Source of the DNA: a virus
Taxonomy: Duplodnaviria > Caudoviricetes
IMG/VR virus record: IMGVR_UViG_3300020045_006174
Span: 1 to 41,572 of that record
Length of the DNA stretch: 41,572 nt
Strand: one strand, 5' to 3'
Below, one piece after another: positions 26,005 to 35,999 of this stretch (position 1 is its first letter; each line of letters starts with the position of its first letter). The notes below the pieces were generated by a model. The model was not told where the DNA came from and ran no database searches. It saw only the letters and a program-made list of their open reading frames with translations. Position numbers and translations under genes: made by a program.

Positions 26005-26930
26005 TATTGATTCTCATTCCATTCTCGGCTAACGACGCGGTTTTGCTTGAGCGCAACCTTGACCACATTTACCGGATGAATGGTCGCAAGTCGGTCGGCC
26101 ATGCGTTGCTTGTCGCCAATCAGGACGTTCATCCCGAGATGCGGTCCAAGGTGAAGATCACCGCAGAACTCGCATTTGAGACTGTTTCCGAGACGACTGC
26201 GGCGGCGCTGGAGAAGGAATACGCCAACCATAAGGTTCGCCAGATGAACAACCTTTTTCGCCATGGCGCAAAATATGTTCAGGAGAATTACCGTTGTGGC
26301 TTCTTGTGGCTTGAACCTGATTGCGTGCCAGTAAAGCCCGAATGGATTGCCGCGTTGTCTGAGGCGTATCGCAACCAGCCAAAGAAACACTTTGGGGTAG
26401 TGACCAAGAATTCCTCCGGTCGTCAGATCATGGCGAGGTGGGGTATCTATGCCAACACATCGCATTCCGAATTAGACAAGCTCTGCCAGACCGAGGCTCC
26501 GTTTGCATCAGCGATTGCCGACAAGATTGTTCCTGGCGCGGGCCATACCACTTTGATTGACTTCCTGCCCATTCAGTCGGTGGACGACATCGCCAAGATT
26601 TCAGCGAAGGCGGTTATTGTTCACGGCGACAAGCTGGGGATTGTGGCGGAGAATTGGAAAGCGCCAGCCGACATCAGTCTCGCGATAGATACAGAAACGG
26701 TTGAAAGGTTCTTGAAGATGCCGGAGGAGGAGCTTCGCAAGCATAAGATGACCGAACGACAGCACAGGATGTTTATGGAAAGAGTTTCTGTATTCACGCC
26801 TCAGATACAGCCGCAAGAAGTCGCGAATACGCCCGAGAATGTGCCGATCAAAAACGGCGACCTGCCACCAGAAAACACTCCGCGCCTCAATCGTCGGCAA
26901 AAGCGGGAAATGGAACAGGCTAAAGTATGA
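26001..26930 (+). CDS. Putative GT-A fold glycosyltransferase-like protein
   Basis: Hydrophobic first strand ILIPF, FLWLEPDCVP DxD-like motif, C-terminal VHGDK. Confidence 0.5.
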   Translation: MILILIPFSANDAVLLERNLDHIYRMNGRKSVGHALLVANQDVHPEMRSKVKITAELAFETVSETTAAALEKEYANHKVRQMNNLFRHGAKYVQENYRCGFLWLEPDCVPVKPEWIAALSEAYRNQPKKHFGVVTKNSSGRQIMARWGIYANTSHSELDKLCQTEAPFASAIADKIVPGAGHTTLIDFLPIQSVDDIAKISAKAVIVHGDKLGIVAENWKAPADISLAIDTETVERFLKMPEEELRKHKMTERQHRMFMERVSVFTPQIQPQEVANTPENVPIKNGDLPPENTPRLNRRQKREMEQAKV

Positions 26931-29308
26931 GCGCAAAAATCAAAGACACTCCCGACTACGCAACTCCCGGCGTGGTTCTCGACGCCATCGAGTTGATGCA
27001 GTTTCCCGAGCGGGTTCGCGCTCGCAACCGTTCCAAGATTGACGCCTTGTTCAACGGCGCCCTTCCGTACACTGCCGAGCAGGTCAAGGAACATCAAATC
27101 CAGATCAATGTGAATTGGGGCGAAGGCGCCAAGATTCTTCAAGACGCGAACCGCCAGCTTAACAATGCCTTGCTTCACAAGGGAAACTTCGTTACATGCA
27201 CCGCGCTCAAGGGCCGGGTTGAAAAGCGCGATGAGTGGAGTTCTTCGTTCACGACCAACATCAACCGCAAGCTCAAACGCGACGACAGCGGGTTGAAATA
27301 CCTCTTTCTTCTCAAGAGCCGAAACGCCTCGCTTGCCATGCACGGAATCGGTGTGCTCATGTGGGCCAATAGCTACGACTGGATGCCTCGCTTTGTTCCT
27401 TTGGAGGACATCCTTATCCCTACCGGCACGCTTCAGGGTTTCATTAACCTAACGCATTTCGCCGTCAACATGTACCTGACTCCGTACGAGTTGATGACGA
27501 TGACACACGAGAATTCCAAGCAGGCTGAAGAATCCGGCTGGAATCTTAAGGCCGTGCGGAAGATATTGGCAGCATACGGCGACCTTAACGCCAATCCGAA
27601 TCAATACAACTGGTGGGACCAACCCGAGGACATGGTAAGCGTCTGGAAGCAAAATCGTGGCGCGTGCAATGCCGATGCCGTCCCCAAGGTAAATCTCTGC
27701 GCATTTTACTACCGATCTACAGAAGGCGGAGCGCAAGGTAAAGAGAAGTGGTATCGCAAGATTGTCCTGAAAGACACCGTTTCTCCAGTCAACGGCGACA
27801 GCGTGGACATCAAGGATCAATTTATTTTCGACAGCGGGACTCGCGTCTTCGCCGACCAACTAAAGCACATCCTGTCAGTGCAATACGGCGACTGCAATTT
27901 GATGGCGCCGTTGCAATATCACTCCACCCGGGGCTTGGGCGAAATGCTGTTTGCTCCGTCGGAGTGCATCAACCGGCTGCGCTGTCAGTTCATGCAGCAC
28001 ACTTTCGAGCAACTAATGATGGGCTTGCGCGTCAGCAATCCAGAGGGTCAGGACCGGCCAAAGGTATTCAACCTGAAGCCTTACTTTGTCTTGGAGCAGG
28101 GCGTCGAAATCATTCCCAAGGAGCAACGGCATCAAATCGACCCTCGCTTGGTCGAGGCTGCGATGTCGGAAAACCGCCAGATTCTCAGCGAGAATTCGGC
28201 GAGCTTCGTTCAGGACGTGGACAACGGCACCGGCAAGGAGCAGACGCTTGGCGAGGCGCAGATTCGTTTGCAGTCAGCGAACAAGATGGTGTCGGCGATG
28301 CTCGACATGATGTATCTGTTGGAGCAATACAAGGATGAGGAGATTGTCCGTCGATTTCTGTTGCCCAACTCTGCCGATCCCGACGTTATCGAATTCCAGG
28401 CGCAATGTCGCAAGGATGGAATCCCTGACGACCTCATGAAGCCGGAATGCTGGCAGGTTGATGTTGACCGCGTGGCCGGTGGTGGCGACCAGACGCTTGC
28501 GATGCAGGAGAATCAACTTTTGCTGAACAACTCGCAGCGATTCGACCCGACGAGCCAGCGCATGATTTTGCGTAACTGGACGATGACCATGACCCGCGAT
28601 CCAGCCAAGGCGAAGTTGCTGGTTCCAGACGAACCGCCCAAGGTGACGGCAGGACAGGAAGCCGCCGAGGACGTTTTTGGAACACTGATGTCAGGCGCTC
28701 CGGTGGGCCTGCGCGAAGGCATCGAGCAGCAGGATTACGTTGTCGCCATGATGACCATGATGAACGCCGTCATCCAGCGCATCGAGCAAACCGACCAGAT
28801 GGGCACGCCGCAAGATGTCATCGGGTTAAACATGGTGGCAAACGATATTCAGCAGCATCTCGACCTGATGGCGCAGAATCCCGAAAACAAGGAATTCGTC
28901 ACTGCCGTTGCGAAAGACTTGGGCAAGCAAATGAACTTGGTAAAGGCTTACCAACAGCGTCAGCAGGAGCAGGCGCAACAAGGACAGCCAGACCCGGAGG
29001 CCATTGCCAAAGCACAGGCGACCGAGGCGGCTGCCTCCCAGAAGCTCGAAATCAACCAGGCTAACTTCCAACAAAAGCAGCAGCAGTCTGAGGAGAAGTT
29101 CGCGCAGAAGCTTCGTCAGGCCGAGGAACAACAGGCCGCAAAAATCAAGACTATGCTTGATGAAGCGCGGCTTGAAATCGAATCCTTGCGGGCGAAAACC
29201 ATGGCCGAGATTTCCGCCTATCAGGCCAAGACAAGTGCCGAAATCCAGCAGATGCAGGAAAAGGCGGCTGCCGCACCTGTTGAGCAGAGTTCGTCAAAAA
29301 AAGATTGA
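26927..29308 (+). CDS. Portal protein
   Basis: 793 aa, LFNG.LPY, NVNWGE, GIGVLMW, GLGEMLF, T..EAQ, Gln-rich coiled-coil barrel at the C-terminus as in podovirus portals. Confidence 0.8.
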   Translation: MSAKIKDTPDYATPGVVLDAIELMQFPERVRARNRSKIDALFNGALPYTAEQVKEHQIQINVNWGEGAKILQDANRQLNNALLHKGNFVTCTALKGRVEKRDEWSSSFTTNINRKLKRDDSGLKYLFLLKSRNASLAMHGIGVLMWANSYDWMPRFVPLEDILIPTGTLQGFINLTHFAVNMYLTPYELMTMTHENSKQAEESGWNLKAVRKILAAYGDLNANPNQYNWWDQPEDMVSVWKQNRGACNADAVPKVNLCAFYYRSTEGGAQGKEKWYRKIVLKDTVSPVNGDSVDIKDQFIFDSGTRVFADQLKHILSVQYGDCNLMAPLQYHSTRGLGEMLFAPSECINRLRCQFMQHTFEQLMMGLRVSNPEGQDRPKVFNLKPYFVLEQGVEIIPKEQRHQIDPRLVEAAMSENRQILSENSASFVQDVDNGTGKEQTLGEAQIRLQSANKMVSAMLDMMYLLEQYKDEEIVRRFLLPNSADPDVIEFQAQCRKDGIPDDLMKPECWQVDVDRVAGGGDQTLAMQENQLLLNNSQRFDPTSQRMILRNWTMTMTRDPAKAKLLVPDEPPKVTAGQEAAEDVFGTLMSGAPVGLREGIEQQDYVVAMMTMMNAVIQRIEQTDQMGTPQDVIGLNMVANDIQQHLDLMAQNPENKEFVTAVAKDLGKQMNLVKAYQQRQQEQAQQGQPDPEAIAKAQATEAAASQKLEINQANFQQKQQQSEEKFAQKLRQAEEQQAAKIKTMLDEARLEIESLRAKTMAEISAYQAKTSAEIQQMQEKAAAAPVEQSSSKKD

Positions 29309-29332
29309 CGGAAATAAATCAATAGGTAGGCT
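29305..29332 (+). promoter_or_regulatory. Promoter with TTGA-N10-TCAA site
   Basis: TTGACG-N16-TAGGCT just before the GTG at 29339. Confidence 0.55.
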
Positions 29333-29338
29333 TTCCAT

Positions 29339-29536
29339 GTGAGCGTTGACGAACATCCAGAATGGCCGGAAGTGCCGATGTCTGATTTCAAAGAATACTT
29401 AAAGACGTGTCCTGACTATCGCGGTGATTGCTTTGGAAGGCTTGAGTTTAGGCACAATGGCGAGGTGTTTGCGGTCCTTTTGAAAGGAGGGCTTGGTGGT
29501 GAAAGCGTTCGAGTCAGCCCAAAAATTTTAGCCTAA
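29339..29536 (+). CDS. Small hypothetical protein with its own promoter (moron-like)
   Basis: ORF directly after the promoter; lower GC than flanks. Confidence 0.55.
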   Translation: MSVDEHPEWPEVPMSDFKEYLKTCPDYRGDCFGRLEFRHNGEVFAVLLKGGLGGESVRVSPKILA

Positions 29537-29826
29537 TGACAACCCTATCAGCCAAATCCCACTTTCTAAAACTGCATACCCCGGAGCAGTTGGCATCCGT
29601 CAAGCAAGGCGTGGACAACACCGTTACCCGGACGGCGATGGTTTACGCGCTGGCCCAGATGGCGGAGGAGGGACATGATCCCAAGGCTATGCTTGGCGCC
29701 GCCCGCTTTCGCAATCTGCTTTTGAACATCACCGAGCCCGATTCTCCCGCCAAGGATTTGCCCGTCACCGCGCTTGAAGAAGTGCCTTATCGTCCGAATG
29801 TCGCAGTCGCCCAAGAAAAGAAATAA
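29536..29826 (+). CDS. Small head-module protein
   Basis: Between portal and scaffold; TAATG coupling. Confidence 0.65.
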   Translation: MTTLSAKSHFLKLHTPEQLASVKQGVDNTVTRTAMVYALAQMAEEGHDPKAMLGAARFRNLLLNITEPDSPAKDLPVTALEEVPYRPNVAVAQEKK

Positions 29827-29829
29827 TCT

Positions 29830-30996
29830 ATGCCTGAAGCCCTCGCACCAGACGCCCAAGGAGTAGCCGAAGCTACTGCCGCAATGTTTGCCGCCAATCC
29901 TGCCGATGGAGTTTCGCAGACGCCCGCCGCCACTGCCATCAAGCCGGAGCAGAAGCCCATCGAGACTCCGGCTGCGCCAGAGCAAAAGCCACTTCCTGAA
30001 GCCAAGCCGGCCAAGAAGGAATTCACCGACGAGGAAATCGCCGCCGCTCGAAAGGAAAAGCCGGACCATAAGGCGTGGAAGATTCTCGACTCCATCAAGG
30101 CCAAGAGCAGCGCCAGTGAAGCCGCCCTGAAAAGTGAACTGGAAAAGTTGAAGCAGCGCCCTGAGACTCCGGCCAACGATGCCCGCATGGCCCAACTGGA
30201 GAAGTTGCTTGAGGAGCGCGACCAAAAAATCAAAGAGCGCGACCAGCGGCTTGAGGAAGCCGACTTTACCCGAACCGAGCAATACACCCAAAAATACATT
30301 CTTCCCTACAACAACGAATGGAAGAACGCCATTTCGACGGTCAAAGGACTAACGGTCATGGCTCAGAAAGACGGGGAAACAATCACGCGCCAAGGAACTG
30401 AAGCCGACTTTATGAAGGCTGCCGCCCTTCCGCCAAGCGAGCAAGATGACTTCATTGAAGCCACATTCGGAAAGTCTGCGTGGCGAGTAACGAAGCACCT
30501 CAACAAGCTTTACGAACTGAAGGACTCTGAGCGTGCTGCCGTGGAGGATTTTGCGGCCAATTACGAGAAGAACAAGGTCCAGCGCGAATTGGACATGAAG
30601 CGCCAGCGCGAGGCTTACGAGAAGGAGTTGGGCGACACATTCACCAATCTCCAGAAAGACCCGGAATTGGGAAGCTACCTGTCGGAGTCTGAAACCGACC
30701 CCGACGGCACGAAGATTTACAAGGCCGAGTTGGACAAGTTCAACAGCTTCAAGACCACCGCTCCGACCGCCGCCGATGCCGCCACGGTTCGCGCTCGCTA
30801 TGCCATGGCGCCACGCCTATTGCACGTCAACAAGCAGCTATCTTCCAAGGTTGCGTCTCTGGAGGCCGAGCTTGCCAAGTTTCGTGGCGCCGATCCCGGG
30901 GCCGCTGTTAAGACTGCCGCAAATCCAGCCGCTCCTGCTGCTGAGTTGGGAGTCGAGGAAAAGATTAAATCTCTCTCTTGGGATGGCAGGTCATGA
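29830..30996 (+). CDS. Capsid scaffolding protein
   Basis: Pro/Ala/Glu-rich N-terminus and long charged coiled coils, downstream of the portal. Confidence 0.65.
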   Translation: MPEALAPDAQGVAEATAAMFAANPADGVSQTPAATAIKPEQKPIETPAAPEQKPLPEAKPAKKEFTDEEIAAARKEKPDHKAWKILDSIKAKSSASEAALKSELEKLKQRPETPANDARMAQLEKLLEERDQKIKERDQRLEEADFTRTEQYTQKYILPYNNEWKNAISTVKGLTVMAQKDGETITRQGTEADFMKAAALPPSEQDDFIEATFGKSAWRVTKHLNKLYELKDSERAAVEDFAANYEKNKVQRELDMKRQREAYEKELGDTFTNLQKDPELGSYLSESETDPDGTKIYKAELDKFNSFKTTAPTAADAATVRARYAMAPRLLHVNKQLSSKVASLEAELAKFRGADPGAAVKTAANPAAPAAELGVEEKIKSLSWDGRS

Positions 30997-31199
30997 GCGA
31001 AGACGACCAATACATCCCGCTGGAGGAATTGCCGACGGCGATGATTCCAAAGTTGAGCAGTCTGGTTTCCAATGGCGCCAAGGCCCGCATACGCGATGTG
31101 CTGCTTGAGGTTGATAGCGTCAACGACAAGAAAGCCACGGTCACGTTTCGCTTCGCCGGGATATTTGCGAGCAAGGTTGAGGATAATTCGGTGAATTGA
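30993..31199 (+). CDS. Small hypothetical protein
   Basis: ATGA-coupled start. Confidence 0.55.
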   Translation: MSEDDQYIPLEELPTAMIPKLSSLVSNGAKARIRDVLLEVDSVNDKKATVTFRFAGIFASKVEDNSVN

Positions 31200-31202
31200 T
31201 GC

Positions 31203-32807
31203 GTGAGCGCGTATGTCCAACTCGCCAAGCACGGCGACCTTCTTTCCCTGCTGCCGTGCCTGCATCATGAATTCCTAACCACCGGCATCAAGCCAAGCCT
31301 GATTGTTGGTCGCGATTACCGGGCCATTCCTGACGCAGTGGACTATCTTAACGTCGTCCAATTCGACGGCGACCCCCAAGACCTAGACGGCGCAATCCGC
31401 TTTGCCAAGAATCGGTTTGAAGGCGTAAAAATCCCTCAGCTTCACGGCGAAGGATTCCAGTTTCAACATCGGCATCCCTCGTTCCAATACGATCAATGGG
31501 ACCGCGCCGGCTGGCTCGACAAGTGGGACACGCTGCCGCTGATACTACCGCGCCGAAAGTCCAACCTGGAAATACCGATTGAGCCTTTCATTGTTTACGG
31601 CGACCACAGCCAGTCATCTCCATTTCTGCACAAGGAAGACCTGGCTGAAGTCCTGAAGCAAAACTTTCCGCAGCACTCCATCGTGCGACTAAGTTCGGTG
31701 CTGGCCCCTCACCCGCTCGAACTCTTGGCGCTGATAGATGCTGCGGATTTAATCGTAACGGTGGACTCCATGCCGCTGCACTTGAGCAAGGCGGTCAACA
31801 AGCCTGCGATAGCCCTTGTGGGGGATAACCTCTCCCGATGGCACGGCAGCGCGTGGAGTAGCAGGTTTGCGATACACTGCCGCTATGGCGATTATCAGCG
31901 ACGCAAAGACGAGCTTGTGAAGGCGGCAAAGGCTGCGCTTAACAACAGCCTCCTGAAGTCCACTCCGATTGCTGCCGACATGGGAGGCTACAATCCATCC
32001 ATCATCCGCTTCGGAAACAAGACGCTGACTACATTCCGCTATCACCCGGCCCGAAGCTGGAAGACGCGGCTCGCCATCACCGACGGACACAAGGCGAGCG
32101 ACATCGTATTTCCTGCCAGCATGGACGAGTTCAGCAAGGAAGACGCCAGACTCTTTACCCACATGGGGAAATTGATGATGACCTACGTTGTCGCCAAGGC
32201 GCTTCCCGTTGGACACCAATTCCGCTGCGTCGTCGGATATGGGATGCTCAACTTCCGGGAAGGACGCTGGAGGATCGACGAGCATATCCAGCCGGCATTC
32301 CAAAACAACGACTGGTCAGGAACGGTTAAGAACTGGGTTCCGTTTGAACACGACGGAAAGATTCACTTCATCTACGGAAACCAGTTCGGAGAGCAAATCG
32401 TCATCCGAGTTGAGGGCGATAAGGTAACCGGAGAATACAAGACGCCTGAAGCTAAATGGGAGCACGGCGAGATAAGGGGTGGGGCTATCGTGCCGCACGA
32501 AGGCAATTTGCTGCGCTTCTTCCACAGCCGCACCGGAGAGAATCACTGGACGCCGGGAGCAACCTTCCAATATCACGTCGGCGCTCTATTGATGGAGTCA
32601 AATCCGCCATTCAAGGTTATCAAGGTGGGAAGCAGTCCGATTCTGAGCGGTGATGAAAGGTATATGCCGGGCTGCTTTCACTGGAAAAACAATGTCGCCA
32701 TCGCGTACGGGGTTGTGAAAGATGACGATGGGTTTATTCTGAGTGTCGGAAGAAATGACTCTAGTTGCGAGGCGGTTAAATTGAAGTTTGGAGATTTGAA
32801 TTTATGA
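31203..32807 (+). CDS. GT9 (heptosyltransferase-like) glycosyltransferase fused to a GH130/GH43-like beta-propeller
   Basis: HGDLLSLLP and ADLIVTVDSMPLHLSKAVNKPAIAL (GT9); YNPSI, EDARLF, KNWVPF, IRGG (five-bladed propeller). Confidence 0.78.
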   Translation: MSAYVQLAKHGDLLSLLPCLHHEFLTTGIKPSLIVGRDYRAIPDAVDYLNVVQFDGDPQDLDGAIRFAKNRFEGVKIPQLHGEGFQFQHRHPSFQYDQWDRAGWLDKWDTLPLILPRRKSNLEIPIEPFIVYGDHSQSSPFLHKEDLAEVLKQNFPQHSIVRLSSVLAPHPLELLALIDAADLIVTVDSMPLHLSKAVNKPAIALVGDNLSRWHGSAWSSRFAIHCRYGDYQRRKDELVKAAKAALNNSLLKSTPIAADMGGYNPSIIRFGNKTLTTFRYHPARSWKTRLAITDGHKASDIVFPASMDEFSKEDARLFTHMGKLMMTYVVAKALPVGHQFRCVVGYGMLNFREGRWRIDEHIQPAFQNNDWSGTVKNWVPFEHDGKIHFIYGNQFGEQIVIRVEGDKVTGEYKTPEAKWEHGEIRGGAIVPHEGNLLRFFHSRTGENHWTPGATFQYHVGALLMESNPPFKVIKVGSSPILSGDERYMPGCFHWKNNVAIAYGVVKDDDGFILSVGRNDSSCEAVKLKFGDLNL

Positions 32808-33004
32808 AAAAGATTATAGATTGGTTTCGCAGCATATCTTTCATCTTGTTATTCGTTCTGATATGCGCTTTCGCTCCACTGCCTTGGGTGATTAAATCAT
32901 ACTTTGAGGCGCAGTCGTACAACCGGCTCACCGGGGCAAAGGCAACAACATGGGACGCCATGTGGGTAGAACTGCGCGTCCAAGGATCACCAAAACAACC
33001 ATGA
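32804..33004 (+). CDS. Small membrane protein
   Basis: One hydrophobic helix, then EAQSYNRLTG...TWDAMWVELRV. Confidence 0.65.
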   Translation: MKKIIDWFRSISFILLFVLICAFAPLPWVIKSYFEAQSYNRLTGAKATTWDAMWVELRVQGSPKQP

Positions 33005-33588
33005 AAGAACTCATTGAAGTAAACCCGAAGCTCGATGGATGGTGCGAACTTCCCAAAGCAATCACCTTGTTCAACCTCGTGCTGGCAAGCCGGCCATTGG
33101 TAATCGTAGAGGTCGGCGTATTCGGTGGACGCTCTGCCATTCCGATGATGATGGCGTGCAAGCTTAACGGACGCGGCATTGTTCATTGCGTCGATCCGTG
33201 GAGCCCGGAGGCGTCAAAGGAGGGTCAGATTACCGACGTTGACATTAAGTGGTGGGGCGGCCTGAATCACGAAATGGTGTATCAGAAATTCGTTAGCTAC
33301 GTTGACCGGCTCGCGCTCAAGGAGCAATGCGAGATTCACCGCATGAGGTCTAGCGACTTTAATCCGCCAGCGAGAATAGATGTAGCCCACATCGACGGGA
33401 ATCACGGGCCCGATGCACTGGAGGACACCAAGAAATACGCCTCTCTTGTTGACTCAGGAGGATATGTCATTCTTGACGACTGCAACTGGCATGGCGGCTA
33501 CGTAACAAAGTCGGCAGAGTGGCTGAAAGAGAATGGATTTCTGGAACTGCACCCGCTCGGCACTGGCGCCCTATTCAGAAAGAGTTGA
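33001..33588 (+). CDS. Class I SAM methyltransferase (Methyltransf_24-like)
   Basis: GWC, VEVGVFGGRS, VDPW, HIDGNH, GGYVILDD. Confidence 0.88.
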   Translation: MKELIEVNPKLDGWCELPKAITLFNLVLASRPLVIVEVGVFGGRSAIPMMMACKLNGRGIVHCVDPWSPEASKEGQITDVDIKWWGGLNHEMVYQKFVSYVDRLALKEQCEIHRMRSSDFNPPARIDVAHIDGNHGPDALEDTKKYASLVDSGGYVILDDCNWHGGYVTKSAEWLKENGFLELHPLGTGALFRKS

Positions 33589-33603
33589 CAAGATTCTTTC
33601 AAT

Positions 33604-33906
33604 ATGGTTGAGTGGGCTGAAATGAAAGAACCAACCGCATCCGAAATAAGGCTGCGCACAAGTCGAATGGAGATTGCTAGCGATTTGATGTCTCAGTGTC
33701 TTGAGACTCAGGCGCGCCGGGTGGCGAAGCACTATCTTTCCCATATCCTCATTTCACAAGAGCTTTTGAAGGCGGCAGAATACATGAAGCAAGACCCATA
33801 TTCCGAAGTGGCTCGCGTTCTTACTCAAAGACTGCTTCAGGAAATAAAAGACAATCACGCATACGATTTCGGGATTGAACTCGAATGGAGAAAAAGAGAA
33901 TGGTAA
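33604..33906 (+). CDS. Hypothetical protein
   Basis: ORF after TTGACA at 33585; start may be 33622. Confidence 0.55.
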   Translation: MVEWAEMKEPTASEIRLRTSRMEIASDLMSQCLETQARRVAKHYLSHILISQELLKAAEYMKQDPYSEVARVLTQRLLQEIKDNHAYDFGIELEWRKREW

Positions 33907-35024
33907 GACCCCTCACAGTCAGCATGACCCCCGCCTTTCGCTACGGCGGAGAAAACGACTGGCTGCTTCGCGCTCAGTTGCGCTGTCTGTCCGAACAGGA
34001 GTTCAAAGACTTCGACGTTCTGATTGTCGATCCTCACTTTAACAAGCGCCGGAGCTACATGCCGGAGCTTCAACAGCGGTATAACCTGAATGTGGTCCAT
34101 GTGCCGTATCGCCCGAATCAGCGAGTCGCGTCACGCCTTGATTGCGCTGTCTTTAATGCGCCCTATCTGTTCAGCGAGTCTCCGCGAATTGTCCGCTACT
34201 CGTGCTGGCGATTTGTCAGGCCCAACTTCACCAAGCTTTGCGTTGAATCCAATACCAATGTGGATTTCCGATTTCACTCCATCTCGCCAAGAAATTTCGT
34301 CGGACAGGATTCAAACAACGAAACCAATCATCCCACCGACATCTGGGATGGAAAGAGTGACGTGGTGCAGTGGAACAACGTGCCCACTCACGCCGGAATG
34401 GGCGGGGCAACATGGGGAGACGATGCCGACGTTGACGCATTTGAAACCTTGATGCCCCTGAACGCTTATGGCAACTATTGTGTGTCTCGCAAAGACTGGC
34501 TTTCAATCAACGGAACAGACGAGGTTTTTACACGAGTTTGTCACTATGAGGACATGGACTTCACCCAACGGGCGTATAACGCGGGGATTCGATGCGAACG
34601 CAAAGCCCACGTTTTATACCGACTCAGCCACAACTACGGCAACCATAGCGGCAGGGCCAACGAACCAACAGACCATCCGCTTACAAAAAACTGTCCTGAA
34701 TGCGAGCGGGCTTGTCAGGTTCTTGAGCCGAATCGGTTTGATTTGAAGCGCCGGGAAGCAGCCGGAGAGATTGAGATTTTTCCCGAGCACAAGGTATGGG
34801 TCTGCAAGAAGTGTCTCTTGGCTGGAGCAGTTTATCACGCCGGCTGTCACGAGCATACTGAATGGATAAAGTCGTCAGGAAGAACGCAGGCGACAATCAT
34901 TCCGAAGCATAAGATGGGTCGCAACCTTCGCACACTCGCCTCTGACATGGACGGCAAAAGCCTAACGGAGAAGGTGAGGATTTTTGAGGATAGCTATAAC
35001 AACGAGAGGTATTATCGCGCATGA
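33900..35024 (+). CDS. GT2/GT-A glycosyltransferase with Cys-rich tail
   Basis: L..QEFKDFDVLIVD, GNY.VSRKDWLSINGTDE.F...YEDMDF..RA. Confidence 0.8.
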   Translation: MVRPLTVSMTPAFRYGGENDWLLRAQLRCLSEQEFKDFDVLIVDPHFNKRRSYMPELQQRYNLNVVHVPYRPNQRVASRLDCAVFNAPYLFSESPRIVRYSCWRFVRPNFTKLCVESNTNVDFRFHSISPRNFVGQDSNNETNHPTDIWDGKSDVVQWNNVPTHAGMGGATWGDDADVDAFETLMPLNAYGNYCVSRKDWLSINGTDEVFTRVCHYEDMDFTQRAYNAGIRCERKAHVLYRLSHNYGNHSGRANEPTDHPLTKNCPECERACQVLEPNRFDLKRREAAGEIEIFPEHKVWVCKKCLLAGAVYHAGCHEHTEWIKSSGRTQATIIPKHKMGRNLRTLASDMDGKSLTEKVRIFEDSYNNERYYRA

Positions 35025-35374
35025 ACGCCAAAACTGAACTGCCATCTACTGGCGTTGATTTCAAGTATTCCACCGTGCCACTGCCTGATGGGGTTGTTAT
35101 TGGAGGTCAATGGCCAAAAGCCATCATCTCTTGGCCTGACGGAAAGGGTCGAGGGGCCACAAAACCAGAGTGGGACCTATTTCAAGCACTTGAAAAGGCT
35201 TGTGAAGAAATTGAAGCGATCCGCGAAACGCCACCAAGCATCTTATCCGACGTGCTCCACCTCCGAACCGAAATCGACTGCCGCATCGATCATGGCGCGT
35301 CTGGGCCTGGACATCTGGAATACGTGCGGAACTGCTTGGATCAAATCATGGACGCTCACCGCTCTCCAAAATAA
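35021..35374 (+). CDS. Hypothetical protein
   Basis: ATGA-coupled ORF. Confidence 0.6.
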   Translation: MNAKTELPSTGVDFKYSTVPLPDGVVIGGQWPKAIISWPDGKGRGATKPEWDLFQALEKACEEIEAIRETPPSILSDVLHLRTEIDCRIDHGASGPGHLEYVRNCLDQIMDAHRSPK

Positions 35375-35381
35375 ATCCAGC

Positions 35382-35564
35382 ATGAAAAGATTCAAAATTC
35401 CAATGATCTTATCGCTGGCGTGCGTCATGGCAGTTCTGGCGCTTTTCTGGCTTGGAGGCTTCGACTTTGATACTCGTGGAGATAAGGCGGTTATCTGCTC
35501 GGTATTGGCAATAATTTTTGGAGGCATTGGATTTGCGCTCGGAATTCTGACTGAAGCGGATTGA
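35382..35564 (+). CDS. Two-TM small membrane protein
   Basis: Two hydrophobic helices separated by GFDFDTRG. Confidence 0.6.
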   Translation: MKRFKIPMILSLACVMAVLALFWLGGFDFDTRGDKAVICSVLAIIFGGIGFALGILTEAD

Positions 35565-35565
35565 T

Positions 35566-35748
35566 ATGATCCCACCCATCGCCCCTAAACCAAAATTCCG
35601 ATTAACCGCCCACAAGGTCACTGGCGAGCCGCCGACAGTCATGGAGTTCGACACGGTGAAAGAGGCTGATGATTTTTACTTTGAGCTAAAGCGGCGTCAC
35701 AAATATCTGACGTATGTTGGCGTTAAGATTGAAAAGATTGAACCATGA
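35566..35748 (+). CDS. Hypothetical protein
   Basis: Operon coupling; FDTVKEA motif. Confidence 0.55.
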   Translation: MIPPIAPKPKFRLTAHKVTGEPPTVMEFDTVKEADDFYFELKRRHKYLTYVGVKIEKIEP

Positions 35749-35999
35749 TTCCACTCCAAATGAAAATCGAAAAAGGCGTGATGGTAGTGAAGGGCGGTAA
35801 AGCTTGGGGAGAAACCCAATCAGACGGGCATAGCACATCGTATGGATGGGTAGATGTCGAAAGCGCACCTATCCACGACCCACACTCCTGCAAGAAACCA
35901 ACCGACGTGACATATAGCGGAAGCCACATGATACCAGAACTGTTGACAGGAGAAGTAGTGCATGTGGTAAGAACAACAACTATGCGCGTGCTTTTATGA
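35745..35999 (+). CDS. Hypothetical protein
   Basis: ATGA coupling on both sides. Confidence 0.6.
   Translation: MIPLQMKIEKGVMVVKGGKAWGETQSDGHSTSYGWVDVESAPIHDPHSCKKPTDVTYSGSHMIPELLTGEVVHVVRTTTMRVLL

Noticed and set aside
35021-35100. gaacgccaaaactga...gttgttat resembling attC ends
   Set aside because: The arms do not pair in the L boxes.
32804-35564. Small membrane proteins as holins
   Set aside because: No endolysin or spanin nearby; membrane helices alone are insufficient.
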